Below are positions 29,709 to 39,837 of a stretch of 64,000 nucleotides of DNA, piece by piece. Under the pieces are notes generated by a model. It saw only the letters and a program-made list of their open reading frames with translations, had not been told where the DNA came from and made no database searches. The position numbers and the translations under genes are program-made. Each line of letters starts with the position of its first letter. Position 1 is the first letter of the stretch. Source of the stretch: Anaeromyxobacter sp. (GTDB taxonomy: Bacteria; Myxococcota; Myxococcia; Myxococcales; Anaeromyxobacteraceae); NCBI GenBank assembly GCA_049840735.1, contig JASGJN010000017.1, positions 567,291 through 631,290 on the forward strand, given 5' to 3'.

Positions 29709-30185
29709 TCAGACCTCGGCGGACGGCTTCGAGCCCTTCTTGGCGGACCGGCGAGCCTTCTCGCTCTTCTCGATCCGCTTCGCGAGTCGCTCCAGCTCCT
29801 TCGAGAGTTCCTCCACCTGTTCGCGGCTGGCGACACCCAGGAACGCCACCGCCCTGTTCTGGAGCTCGACCATCTTCTCGAGCGCCTCGGCCCGGATCGT
29901 GTCGGCCCGGTCCTTCAGCTCCGCTGCCCTCTCCGCCCCCTGCTCCCGGAGCTGCTCGATCCGGTGCTTCACGTCGGGGAACGTCCAGTCCTGGCGTGAG
30001 AGGCGGTGGAGGATCTGTTCGATATCCTTCCGACTAGCACGTCCCTTGATCATGAGATCGTGGATGACGCGCTGCGCCTCCTCCTCGAACTGCTCCAGAC
30101 GGGCCTGCGCGGCTTCGAGCTGCGCCTTGAGGAAATCCGGAACCTTGATCGCGCCCTTGCCATTCATCTTGTGGACCTCGGCCAT
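29709..30185 (-). CDS. Phasin-like (PhaF/PhaI-type) protein
   Basis: LGVASREQVEELSKELERL motif, basic tail. Confidence 0.65.
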   Translation of the reverse strand: MAEVHKMNGKGAIKVPDFLKAQLEAAQARLEQFEEEAQRVIHDLMIKGRASRKDIEQILHRLSRQDWTFPDVKHRIEQLREQGAERAAELKDRADTIRAEALEKMVELQNRAVAFLGVASREQVEELSKELERLAKRIEKSEKARRSAKKGSKPSAEV

Positions 30186-30240
30186 CTTGTCCTCCCGCGG
30201 TCATGGTACGGGCGAAGACCACCCGCACCCACCGAAACCG

Positions 30241-30269
30241 AGGCTAACGCGACGCGTCAACGAGGTCAA
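30241..30269 (-). promoter_or_regulatory. Sigma70-type promoter of the phasin-like genes
   Basis: TTGACC-17 nt-TAGCCT on the minus strand. Confidence 0.65.
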
Positions 30270-30408
30270 ACGCCCAACGCGGTGCGTCACCCGGAGGGCC
30301 CATGTATGGGGGCGAAGGCCCGAGCGTGAACCTGCCTGAGCGGGGTGAGGGCCTGAATGGGAGGGGGCCTCAGGCCGCAGGTCCTGAGGCCTGACCGCGC
30401 GCGGTGCG

Positions 30409-31480
30409 CTACCGGTGGTCCGCGCCGACCGCCTCGGCCAGGGACGAAAAGCCGTCCCGCGCCAGCAGCTTGGCCACGCCAGCGTTCACCTGCTTCACGA
30501 AGGTGGGGCCGCCGAAGATGAAGCCGGTGTAGGCCTGCACCAGCGACGCGCCGGCGCGGATCTTGGCGTACGCGTCCTCGGCGCTCATCACGCCGCCGCA
30601 GCCGATGATGACCAGCTTGCCGCCGGTCCGGGCGTAGCACCGCCGGACCGCCTCGGTGGAGACCTTCTCCAGCGGCGCGCCGGAGAGCCCGCCGGCCTCC
30701 TTGGCCTTGGGGTTCTGCTCGACGCCGGCGCGCGAGAGCGTGGTGTTGGTGGCGATGATGCCGGCCACGCCGGCGGCCATGGCGGTGTCGATGGCCTCGT
30801 CCAGCGCCTCCGCCGACAGGTCCGGCGCCAGCTTCACCAGGAGCGGCTTTCCGGGCGCCACCTGGGCCAGCCGTGCGGCGCAGGCGCGCAGCAGCCGGTC
30901 CAGCGACTCCTTCTCCTGGAGCTGCCTGAGGCCGGGGGTGTTGGGCGACGAGATGTTCACGACCAGGTAGTCGGCGAAGGGGTGGAGCCGGTCGATGCAG
31001 GCCAGGTAGTCGGCCTCGGCCTGCTCGTTGGGCGTCACCTTGTTCTTGCCGACGTTGATGCCGACGGGGCCCATCCGCGCGCCGGCCGCCAGCGCCGCGA
31101 GCCGCTCGGCGCAGACGTCCATGCCCTCGTTGTTGAACCCCCATCCTGTTGATGATGGCCCGCTGCTCGGGGAGCCGGAACAGGCGCGGGGCCGGGTTGC
31201 CCGGCTGCGGGCGCGGCGTGATGGTGCCGATCTCGACGTGCGAGAACCCCAGCGCGAACAGGCCGGCCACCGCCGCCTGCCCCTTGTCGAACCCGGCGGC
31301 CAGCCCGAGCGGACCGTCGAACTCCAGGCCCAGGCACTTGATGGCCACCTGGGCGGGCGGGCTGGTCCGCTGCAGGTGCGCCATCCCGGGCGTCACCCGC
31401 TTCAAGGCGAAGTGGGCCAGGTGGTGGATGTGCTCCGGGTCGAAGCGGAACAGGACGGAGCGGAGCGCAGGCCAGAGCAT
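30409..31480 (-). CDS. pyrD: Quinone-dependent dihydroorotate dehydrogenase (frameshift near 31140)
   Basis: GLAAGFDK, QPGNPAPRLFRL, NISSPNTPGLR, TNTT, GGLSG. Confidence 0.95.
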
Positions 31481-31547
31481 GGGGCGGCTGTCTATCACAG
31501 CCGTCCGGCCCTGGGACCCGGGCAGGACGCTGCAGCGCCCAGACGCC

Positions 31548-32037
31548 CTACAAATCCAGGATCATCACAATCGCGTCCTCACGCTCCTCGGCGTAGTAGT
31601 TGGGACGCACACCTACCTGTCGGTACCCCAGGGACTGGTACAGGGCCAGGGCCGGCAGATTGGAGCGCCGCACCTCCAGCGTGGAGATGGCGGCCGACTT
31701 GCGACGGCCGGCCTCGTGGGCCTCCAGCATCAGCGCCCGCCCGATGCCGCGGCGTCTCGCCTCACGGGCGCTGGCCACGTTGAGGATGTGGACCTCGTCG
31801 TGCACCAGCCAGAAGACGATGAAGCCCAGCACCTGCTCGCCCATCGACGCCGGTCGCGGTGGCCAGCAGCATGGTGGACCAGGCGTGACCCAGCTCCCGC
31901 TGGAGCAGGTCGCGCGACCAGGGGTGGCGGAAGCCGTCCCGCTCGATCTCCACCACGCGGTCAAGGTCCTCGGCCTGGCCGCGCCGGAAGAAGAGCGGTC
32001 CGTCGGGGATGGGCGGCGGCTCGATCGGTCGGCGCAT
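31548..32037 (-). CDS. rimI: Ribosomal-protein N-acetyltransferase (frameshift near 31845)
   Basis: HPWS, DEVHILNVA, RRRGIG, LEVRRSN, RPNYY..EDAIVM. Confidence 0.9.
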
Positions 32038-32723
32038 CACCCCTCCCCTGCGCCGGGCGCCAGCGCGGGATCGAGGATGCGCACGTCCGCCCGGCCGCGC
32101 ACCTCCGCCACCAGCGCCTGCACCTGGGCGGCCACCCGCTCCTCCAGCAGGCGCGAGCGGACGGCCTCCCGGGCGGCGCGGGTCTGCACCGACAGGCCGT
32201 GCGAAGCGGCGTAGGCGTCCACGTCGGCGTCGGCGACGGCCGGTCCGCGCCCCACGCGGATGGCCAGGTAGCGATCCACGCGCAGCCCCCGCGCCAGCAC
32301 GCTCGCGACCTCCTCCTCGGTCAGCTCCGCGCCGGCCAGGAACCGCTCGTAGGCGGTCCGGTCGGCGAAGCGGGCCTCGAAGCGGCGCGTGGCCAGGAGC
32401 ACCTCCTCACGGCTCACCTCGTCCACCCGCAGCCGCGCCGCCTCGTCGGCCAGCAGCAGCTGGTCGATGACCCAGCCCAGCGTGGCCCGGAGCGTCGGGC
32501 GGTCAATCGGCCGAAGGGCGGCCTCCACGGCGCCCTTCGACGCGAGCACGATCCGCGCCTCCTCCTCGAGCCGCGTCAGCGTCAACACGCGCGGGGCCGC
32601 GCCGGCCGGGCTCCGGAGCACGGCCACGGTCTCCTCGACCACCACCGCGCCGGGGTCGCCGAGGGGCGCGGCGGCCTGTGCGGCGCCCGCGGCGAGCAGG
32701 AGGGAGAGCAGCATGAGCCCCAT
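32037..32723 (-). CDS. Secreted SurA N-terminal-like protein
   Basis: Signal peptide; IDQLLLADEA and EVRGRADVRIL pattern of the SurA/PrsA helical domain. Confidence 0.6.
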   Translation of the reverse strand: MGLMLLSLLLAAGAAQAAAPLGDPGAVVVEETVAVLRSPAGAAPRVLTLTRLEEEARIVLASKGAVEAALRPIDRPTLRATLGWVIDQLLLADEAARLRVDEVSREEVLLATRRFEARFADRTAYERFLAGAELTEEEVASVLARGLRVDRYLAIRVGRGPAVADADVDAYAASHGLSVQTRAAREAVRSRLLEERVAAQVQALVAEVRGRADVRILDPALAPGAGEG

Positions 32724-32805
32724 TGTAGTCATGAACCAGGCCGGCTGGGGGGCTGGCGGCGGGTCCGCGATTTGACGCGCGCCCCCGGGCGTTACGTTCC
32801 AGCGC

Positions 32806-33777
32806 GTGGCCGAGCACGATCTCTACGACATCCTGGGCGTCTCCCGAACCGCCACGCCGGACGAGGTGAAGCGCGCCTACCGGAAGCTGGCCCGGAAGTA
32901 CCACCCGGACGTGAACCCCGGGAACAAGGCCGCGGAGGAGAAGTTCAAGGAGGTCACCGCGGCCTTCGAGGTGCTCTCCGACGAGAAGCGCCGCAAGCTC
33001 TACGACGAGTTCGGCCCGGACGCGCTCCGGTCCGGCTTCGACGAGAAGCGCGCCGAGGAGTACCGCCGCTGGAAGCGGCGCCCCGGCGGCGCCGGCGGCG
33101 AGGTGCCGTTCGACCTGGGCGGCTTCTCCACCGTGGACGTGGGCCAGTACGGCAGCTTCGACTTCGGCTCCATCTTCGACAGCCTCTTCGGCGGCGGGGC
33201 GGCGCGCGGCGCCCGCCACGGCCGCGCGCACGGCCCGGCGGCCGCGCAGGGCGCCCACGCCGAGGCGGAGGTCTCCATCGACCTCAAGGACGCGGTGCTG
33301 GGCGCCGAGCGCGACCTGCGCTACGACGGCCGTACGCTGCGCGTGAAGATCCCCGCCGGCGTCACCGACGGCGCGCAAATCCGGCTGGCCGGCCAGGGCG
33401 CCCCGGGCGGCCACGGCGGGCGCGCCGGCGACCTCTACCTGACGGTGAAGCTGCGCGAGCACCCCCAGGTCAGGCGCGAGGGCAGGGATCTCTACCTCGA
33501 CCTGCCGCTGACCGTGCCCGAGGCGGTCGCGGGGGCCGAGGTCCAGCTGCCCACGTTCGAAGGCCCGGTGCGGCTGCGCGTGCCGGCGGGTGCGCGCAGC
33601 GGCACGCGGCTGCGACTCCGCGGCAAGGGGATGCCGGACCTCAAGGGTGGGAGCCGCGGCGACCTGTACGCGGTGGTCCAGCTGGTCCTCCCCGAGTCGA
33701 GCGACGCGCTGAAGGATGCGGTGAAAGCGCTGGAGGGGCTGTACAAGGGGGATCCGCGCGCCAGCATCTCGTTGTAG
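32806..33777 (+). CDS. DnaJ-class co-chaperone without zinc finger (CbpA-like)
   Basis: J-domain with HPD, G/F region, DnaJ C-terminal domain. Confidence 0.93.
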   Translation: MAEHDLYDILGVSRTATPDEVKRAYRKLARKYHPDVNPGNKAAEEKFKEVTAAFEVLSDEKRRKLYDEFGPDALRSGFDEKRAEEYRRWKRRPGGAGGEVPFDLGGFSTVDVGQYGSFDFGSIFDSLFGGGAARGARHGRAHGPAAAQGAHAEAEVSIDLKDAVLGAERDLRYDGRTLRVKIPAGVTDGAQIRLAGQGAPGGHGGRAGDLYLTVKLREHPQVRREGRDLYLDLPLTVPEAVAGAEVQLPTFEGPVRLRVPAGARSGTRLRLRGKGMPDLKGGSRGDLYAVVQLVLPESSDALKDAVKALEGLYKGDPRASISL

Positions 33778-33843
33778 AACGTCGGCCCACGACTCCGCGG
33801 CGCTCCGCGGCCGGTGCGGGGTGAGACCCCGTGGAGAACACAA

Positions 33844-34593
33844 TGGGACTGTTCGAATCTGTTCGGGTCGAAGGAGGAGCGCGAGAAGAGCACGCTCCGC
33901 AAGCTCGGCCGCAAGCTGACCGAGAAGTACGGCCCGCCGGAGAGCCGGCAGAAGGTGATCGACCAGCTCGGCGACATGGGGACGGCCGCCGCCCTCTCCA
34001 CGCTCTGCCTGCGCTTCACCGCCAACACCGAGCCCAGCATCACCGACGCCGAGGAGAAGGAGTCGGCGCGCCGCATCCTGGTCGAGGCCGGCCAGGCCGC
34101 GATCGGGCCGCTGGAGGCCTTCGTCCACGCCCAGGAGTCCGGCATCGCCTGGGGCCTGCGGGCGCTGTCCGGCGTGACCACGTCGGCGCGACTGCTGGAG
34201 GTGACGCTGGGTGAGCTGGCCCACCTCGGCCGCGTCTACTCCCGCGATCCGGAGAAGAAGCTGGTCCTGCTGACCTGGCTGGCCGAGCACGGGGAGGGCG
34301 CGCCGCCGGCCGAGGTCGAGAAGGCCCTGCTGCCGCTGCTGGAGGACTTCTCCGACGACGTGCGCATCGGCGCGGCCCGCGGGCTGGCCGCGCGGGCGCC
34401 GGGCGAGGCCACGCGCGAGGGGCTCATCCAGCTGCTGCTCCGGGACCGGGACAACGCCCGCGTGCGCGGCGAGGTCCTCGACGCGCTGGCGCAGCTGGGC
34501 GCCGACGTGAAGGGCTACCGGCCCAGCGTCGAGGCGCTGCTGGTGGAGCCCTTCTTCCTCGACCGCGAAGGCCAGGTGAAGAAGCGCGGCTGA
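33844..34593 (+). CDS. HEAT-repeat protein (frameshift near 33857)
   Basis: MGLF[D]LFGSK start after GGAG; LLEDFSDDVRIGAARGL HEAT-like repeats. Confidence 0.75.
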   Translation, partial: WDCSNLFGSKEEREKSTLRKLGRKLTEKYGPPESRQKVIDQLGDMGTAAALSTLCLRFTANTEPSITDAEEKESARRILVEAGQAAIGPLEAFVHAQESGIAWGLRALSGVTTSARLLEVTLGELAHLGRVYSRDPEKKLVLLTWLAEHGEGAPPAEVEKALLPLLEDFSDDVRIGAARGLAARAPGEATREGLIQLLLRDRDNARVRGEVLDALAQLGADVKGYRPSVEALLVEPFFLDREGQVKKRG

Positions 34594-34708
34594 GCCCAGC
34601 CGCGGCCGCCGGGGGGGCGGCCGCGAGAATCCCCAGGCTCCGCAGCTTGCTCCGGCCTCGGCTGCGAGCCAGTGTCAGGACACCTCATCCGGGGTACACT
34701 CCGCCGCC

Positions 34709-37308
34709 GTGACCGGCCCCTCCCCCTCCACCACCCCGAACGGCCACGCCGCCTCCGCCGAAGGCGGCGGGGTGCTCGGGCCGTGGTTCGAGCCGGTCAA
34801 GGTGCCCCGCGACGCGGGCCCCACCCTGCACGACCTGGCCTCGCGCGGCAGCCTGGTCTTCGTGATGCGGTCGCCCGGGCTGCTCAACTTCCTCTACCTG
34901 CGCTGGGTGCTGCGGCGCATGGGGCTGCCGCCGCTGCGGGCGGCGCAGGGGTTCCCCGGCTTCTTCGGCTGGCTGGCCCGGGTGCGCCGGAGCCGGCGCG
35001 CCTTCGACGAGGCGGTGCGCTCCGGCGCCTCCAGCCTGGTGTTCCTGGGCCGGCACCGCCCGGCCCGGGATCCCTTCGTGGCCCTGGCCCGGCGGCAGCG
35101 CGAGCTGTTCCAGCCGGTGTTCCTGGTGCCGGTGCTGCTGGTCTGGACGCGCCGGGCGCCCAAGCTGGAGGGGTCGATCTGGGACGTGCTCTACGGCTCG
35201 CCGGAGGCCCCCACCGCCTTCGCCAACGCCGTGGCCTTCCTGCGCAACTTCCGCCGGGCGGTCTTCGACGTGGGCAAGGCGCTGGACCTCAAGGCCCTGC
35301 AGGCGGGCCGGGCCGACCAGGGCGACGCCGAGCTGGGGCTGCGGGTGAGGGGCATCCTGCACCAGCACCTGGCCCGCGCCTTCCGCACCGCGGTGGGCCC
35401 GCCGCTCAAGGCGCCCTCGCGCGTCCGCGAGAAGGTGCTGCGCGACCGCTCGCTGCGGGCCGCGGTGGAGGCCATCGCCCGGGAGACCGGCCGCTCGGTG
35501 GAGTCGGTCAACGCCGAGGCGGCGCGCGACCTGAAGGAGCTGGCCAGCCGGTACGACCCGATGTTCGTCCGGCTCATGCGCCCGGTGCTGGCCTGGGTCT
35601 TCAAGCGGCTCTACACCAGCGTCGAGGTGGACGAGGAGGGGCTGGAGCGGCTCAAGCGCGCCGCGGCCGAGGCGCCCATCGTCCTCTGCCCCAGCCACAA
35701 GAGCCACGTGGACTACCTGGTCCTCTCCTGGCTGCTCTACGAGAACGGCATGACCGCGCCGCACATCGCGGCCGGCATCAACCTCTCCTTCTGGCCCTTC
35801 GGGCCCATCGCCCGGCGGGGCGGCGCCTTCTTCATCCGGCGCAAGGTGCGCGGCGACAGGATCTACACGGCGGTGCTGCGCGCCTACGTGAAGCACCTGC
35901 TGCGCGATCGCTTCCCGCAGGAGTTCTACGTCGAGGGCGGCCGCAGCCGGACCGGCAAGCTGCTCTTCCCCAAGGTCGGCCTGGTCTCGATGGAGGTGGA
36001 CGCCTGGCTGGAGGGCGCCGCCGACGACGTGCTCTTCGGTCCATCGCCATCGACTACGAGAAGGTGATCGAGGCCTCCAGCTACGCCGAGGAGCTGGCCG
36101 GCGGCGAGAAGCGCAAGGAGAGCCTGCGCGGGCTCTTGGGGGCCGCCACGGTCCTCTTCCGCAGCTACGAGCGGCTCTACGTGCAGTTCGAGGAGCCCAT
36201 CTCCCTGCGCGCGCTGGCCCTGCGCCGGCTGGGCGAGCGGACGGCCTCGCTCACCATCGACGAGGCCTGGGAGGGCGAGGCGGCGCGCTCCTCCACCACC
36301 ATCCTGGCCCCCGGCGCCAGGGACGCGCCCGCCGGCGCCAAGCGCCAGCTGGTGCAGGCGGTGGGCAACTGGATCGCGTACGGCATCAGCCGCGCCGTCA
36401 CCATCACGCCGGTGGGGCTGGTCTCGGCGGCGCTGCTCTCGCACGCCCGGCGCGGCATGTCCGCCCGCGAGGTGGAGGAGCGGGTCGAGCTCCTGCGCTA
36501 CATCGCCGCCGAGGGCGGCGCCCGCTTCGCGCGCGACCTGGCCGGCGCCCCCTCCGATCCGCGCCAGCCCGGCCCCATCGGCGACGCGGTCCGGCGCCTC
36601 TCGCTGCAGGGGCTGGTCCGCGTCGAGCTGGCCGCCGGCGACACCATCTACCAGGTGGTGGACGACAAGCGGATGCTGCTCGACTACCACCGCAACGCGG
36701 TCATCCACCGCTACGTGGCCCCTGCGCTGGTGGCGCTGGCGGCCTGCTCCGCCCGGGCCGACGAGCCGCTCGAGGCCACCCGGGCGCGGGCGCTGGGCGT
36801 GTCGCGCCTCTTCAAGCTGGAGTTCATGTACCGGGTGGGCGCCACCTTCGACCTGATCTTCGACCAGAACGTGGCCTTCCTGGAGCGGGTGGGGGCGCTG
36901 GCCCGCACGCCCGAGGGTGGCCTGCGCGCCGGCCCCCAGGCCGAGCGGCTCACCTTCCTGGCCGAGTTCATGCGCCCGTACCTGGAGGCCTACCGCCTCA
37001 CGCTCGGAACCGCGCTGGCGGCCTGCGACGCCCACACCGCCGTGGACCGCAAGGCGCTGGTGCGCGAGGCGCAGGAGCGCGGCCGCGCCGCCTTCCTCTC
37101 CGGCCAGATCGCGGCGCGGGAGGCGCTCAACAAGGCCACCATCGGCAACGCCGTCGAGTGGCTGCTCGATCAGCAGCTGCTGGTCGAGGCCGACGACGAC
37201 GGCAAGGTCCGCCTCGGCCGCGGCGGCCCGGACGCCCTGCGCCAGGTGCTCGGGGGTCAAGCCCTTCTAGATTACCCTTTCGTCCCGGGCGGGCCGCCGG
37301 GCGGGTAG
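34709..37308 (+). CDS. plsB: Glycerol-3-phosphate acyltransferase, PlsB-like (frameshift near 36040)
   Basis: HKSHVD (HxxxxD), GAFFIRR, EGGRSRTGK, IAIDYEK. Confidence 0.88.
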
Positions 37309-38340
37309 ACTGGACGCCTGCGCGCGCTCACCGCTGCTCGAGCTCGGCCAGCCAGTCGTGCAGCGGCGGTCCGGGGTGGTGGCGCAAGGCCCACAGCACC
37401 TTCGCCACCTGGCCGGTGCTCATGCCCAGGACCCGCGCGATCTCGTCGTGCGGGTAGGCCTGCGCGCGGCTGAGCGCGTAGACCGCCAGCCTCCGCCCCG
37501 GGTTGGCGCCGCGTCCCATGGCCGGGCGCTTGAGCTCGGCCATGCTGCAGCCGGCGATGCGCGCCACCTCACGCAGCACCTGATCGACGCTGGCGGGGCG
37601 AACCTGCTCCGCCCGGCGGGGCCGGCGCAAGGGACGCTCCTCCGGCTCGTCCCCGCGGCGGAACCAGCCGGTCTCGAGGTCGAGCAGCGGCGGGAAGAGC
37701 TCGACCTGCTTGCGCCGCGCCCGGACGAACGCCTCCACCTTGGCTGGACCGCCCAGCCGCTCGCGGAAGACGTCCAGGGTGAGCCAGCGCGCCGGGTGGC
37801 GCTCCCGGCCCAGGTACGCGCGCAGGCTCGACCAGCAGTCGTCGTCGAGCCGGGTGGCCAGCCCCGCCTTGAAGGGGTTCAGGTGGATGTAGGCGAAGAG
37901 CGCGTCGAGGTGGGCCTCGTCCTCCACCGGCTGGCTGCGGAAGCGGCCGCGGAAGACCGGCCCGTCCCAGCCATGGAGGCGGTTGAGCCGCTGCGTGTAG
38001 GTGCCGTTGAGGTGGCGCATGGCGCGCGAGAGGTTGCCCAGCGGGGAGCGCGCCAGCAGGTGGTAGTGGTTGGGCATGAGGGCGTAGACGTGCACCTCCA
38101 GCCCGTGGTGCAGCGCCGCCTCGTCCAGGCACTCGAGGAACAGCTCGCAGTGGGCGTTGCGACGGAAGATGGGCTCGCGCCGCGCCCCGCGGTGCATCAC
38201 GTGGTGCCATGCGCCGGGGTGGTCGGTCCGGAGGAGTCGCGCCATGGGCCCACGCTAGCGCACCGGGGCGGGCAAGTGGAAGGAACCGGCCCCCCGCCCC
38301 GCGCGGGCCGCAAAGGGTAATGTCGGATGGATTGACCCCC
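37252..38340. mobile_element. Y1/HUH transposase element bounded by imperfect 29-bp terminal inverted repeats
   Basis: GGGGGTCAA-N10-ATTACCCTTT at 37252-37280 and its inverse at 38312-38340; no target duplication seen. Confidence 0.8.
37328..38245 (-). CDS. RAYT-like Y1 tyrosine transposase with C-terminal DnaA-C-like HTH
   Basis: HHVMHRG, LMPNHYHLL (HUH), FRGRFRS, YIHLNP, WSS; helical HTH tail. Confidence 0.93.
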   Translation of the reverse strand: MARLLRTDHPGAWHHVMHRGARREPIFRRNAHCELFLECLDEAALHHGLEVHVYALMPNHYHLLARSPLGNLSRAMRHLNGTYTQRLNRLHGWDGPVFRGRFRSQPVEDEAHLDALFAYIHLNPFKAGLATRLDDDCWSSLRAYLGRERHPARWLTLDVFRERLGGPAKVEAFVRARRKQVELFPPLLDLETGWFRRGDEPEERPLRRPRRAEQVRPASVDQVLREVARIAGCSMAELKRPAMGRGANPGRRLAVYALSRAQAYPHDEIARVLGMSTGQVAKVLWALRHHPGPPLHDWLAELEQR

Positions 38341-38428
38341 CTTCTTCGATCGGACACCTGTCCGTCATGGCGGAGGCTGCGACCTTTCGGCGGGCGCGGG
38401 GGGCGGCGGGCGGGTTAAGGTCGCCCGC

Positions 38429-39220
38429 ATGGCCGACCTGGATCTGGCGAAGGCGATGGAGACGGCGCGGCGGGCGGTGGAGGCGGCCAGCGCGGCCACC
38501 CTGGCCCACTTCAACCGCGGCGTCCGGGTGGAGGTGAAGCCGGACCGCACGCCGGTCACGCAGGCGGACCGGGACTCGGAGGCGGCCATCCTGGCGGTGG
38601 TGCAGGCGGCCTTCCCCGGCCACGGCTTCCTGGGCGAGGAGACCGGCGCCCACGCCGGCGCCGCCGCCACCCGCTGGATCTGCGATCCGCTGGACGGGAC
38701 CAAGGGGTTCACCCGCGGGCGCGGCTTCTGGGGCCCGCTGGTCGGCTGCGAGCACGAGGGGCGGATCGTGGCCGGCGCGATGGCGCTCCCGGCGCTGGGC
38801 GAGGTCTACTGGGCCGCCCGCGGCCTGGGCTGCTGGCTCTCCACCGCCGGCGCCCCGCCGGTCCGGCTGCAGGTCTCCGGGATCTCGAGCTGGGCGGACG
38901 CCAGCCTCTCGCTGGGCGAGCCGCACGTGCTGTTCAAGCCGCCCATGCTGGAGCGGGCGGCGGCGCTGGCCACCTCCGCCGCGGCGGCCCGCTGCTACGG
39001 CGACCTGGCCGGCTGCGCGCTGGTGCTCAAGGGCCAGGCCGAGGCCTGGGTCGAGGCGGGCGTGCAGATTCGGGACCTGGCCCCGCTGCCCATCCTGGTG
39101 GAGGAGGCGGGCGGCCGCTTCACCGACCTCGAGGGCCGGCCCACCCACACCAGCGGCAGCTGCGTGGCCTCCAACGGCCACGTCCACGACCACGTGCTGG
39201 CCGCGCTCTCGTCCGGCTGA
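38429..39220 (+). CDS. Inositol monophosphatase family protein (HisN-like)
   Basis: PVTQAD, LGEE, WICDPLDGTKGF, EEAGGRFTD. Confidence 0.9.
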   Translation: MADLDLAKAMETARRAVEAASAATLAHFNRGVRVEVKPDRTPVTQADRDSEAAILAVVQAAFPGHGFLGEETGAHAGAAATRWICDPLDGTKGFTRGRGFWGPLVGCEHEGRIVAGAMALPALGEVYWAARGLGCWLSTAGAPPVRLQVSGISSWADASLSLGEPHVLFKPPMLERAAALATSAAAARCYGDLAGCALVLKGQAEAWVEAGVQIRDLAPLPILVEEAGGRFTDLEGRPTHTSGSCVASNGHVHDHVLAALSSG

Positions 39221-39320
39221 GCACGGCGGCGCGGGCGGCGGCCGACCCAGGGTCCGCGGCGAAGGCCATGGCGTCGCAGGGCGGCCCGTCCTGGCGGCGG
39301 CTGCGGTAGGCTCCGCGCCC

Positions 39321-39830
39321 ATGGTCACCAGCAAGCGATTCGTGGACGGCAAGTGGCGCTGGGTGCGCCCCGACGGCTCCGTCGGCCGCGTCTGCCCACC
39401 CCCCAACGCCTCCGAGCGCCGCAACCTCGAGGCCGCCGAGAAGCCCCGCGCCGCGGCCCCTGCGCCCGCCAAGGCCTTCGTGGAGGGCCGGTGGCACTGG
39501 CTCGAGCCGGACGGCGCGGTGGGCCGCCCCTGCCCCAAGCCCAACGCCGCCGAGCGGCGGGACCTGGAGGCCGGCAAGGAGCGCGCGCCGGTGGTGACGG
39601 CCTGGACGCCGCCCGCCCTGGCGGCCGCGCCGGCGGCCGGTCCGGCCCGCTACAAGGTCCTCTCCCAGCGCGACGCCGCCTCCGGCGGCAAGTTCGACCC
39701 GGCCCGGCTAGAGGCCGCGCTCAACGCCCGGGCGGCCGAAGGCTGGCGGGTGGTGGGCGTGTCCAGCGCCGACGCCGGCGGCCGCGCCGGCGGCCGGCAG
39801 GAGCTGGTGATCGTGCTGGAGCGGGCCTGA
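39321..39830 (+). CDS. Protein with duplicated N-terminal motif and DUF4177-like C-terminus
   Basis: Two K.FV.G.W.W..PDG.VGR.CP.PNA.ERR.LEA repeats; YKVL..LEAALNARAAEGWRVV. Confidence 0.75.
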   Translation: MVTSKRFVDGKWRWVRPDGSVGRVCPPPNASERRNLEAAEKPRAAAPAPAKAFVEGRWHWLEPDGAVGRPCPKPNAAERRDLEAGKERAPVVTAWTPPALAAAPAAGPARYKVLSQRDAASGGKFDPARLEAALNARAAEGWRVVGVSSADAGGRAGGRQELVIVLERA

Positions 39831-39837
39831 GCCTGCC

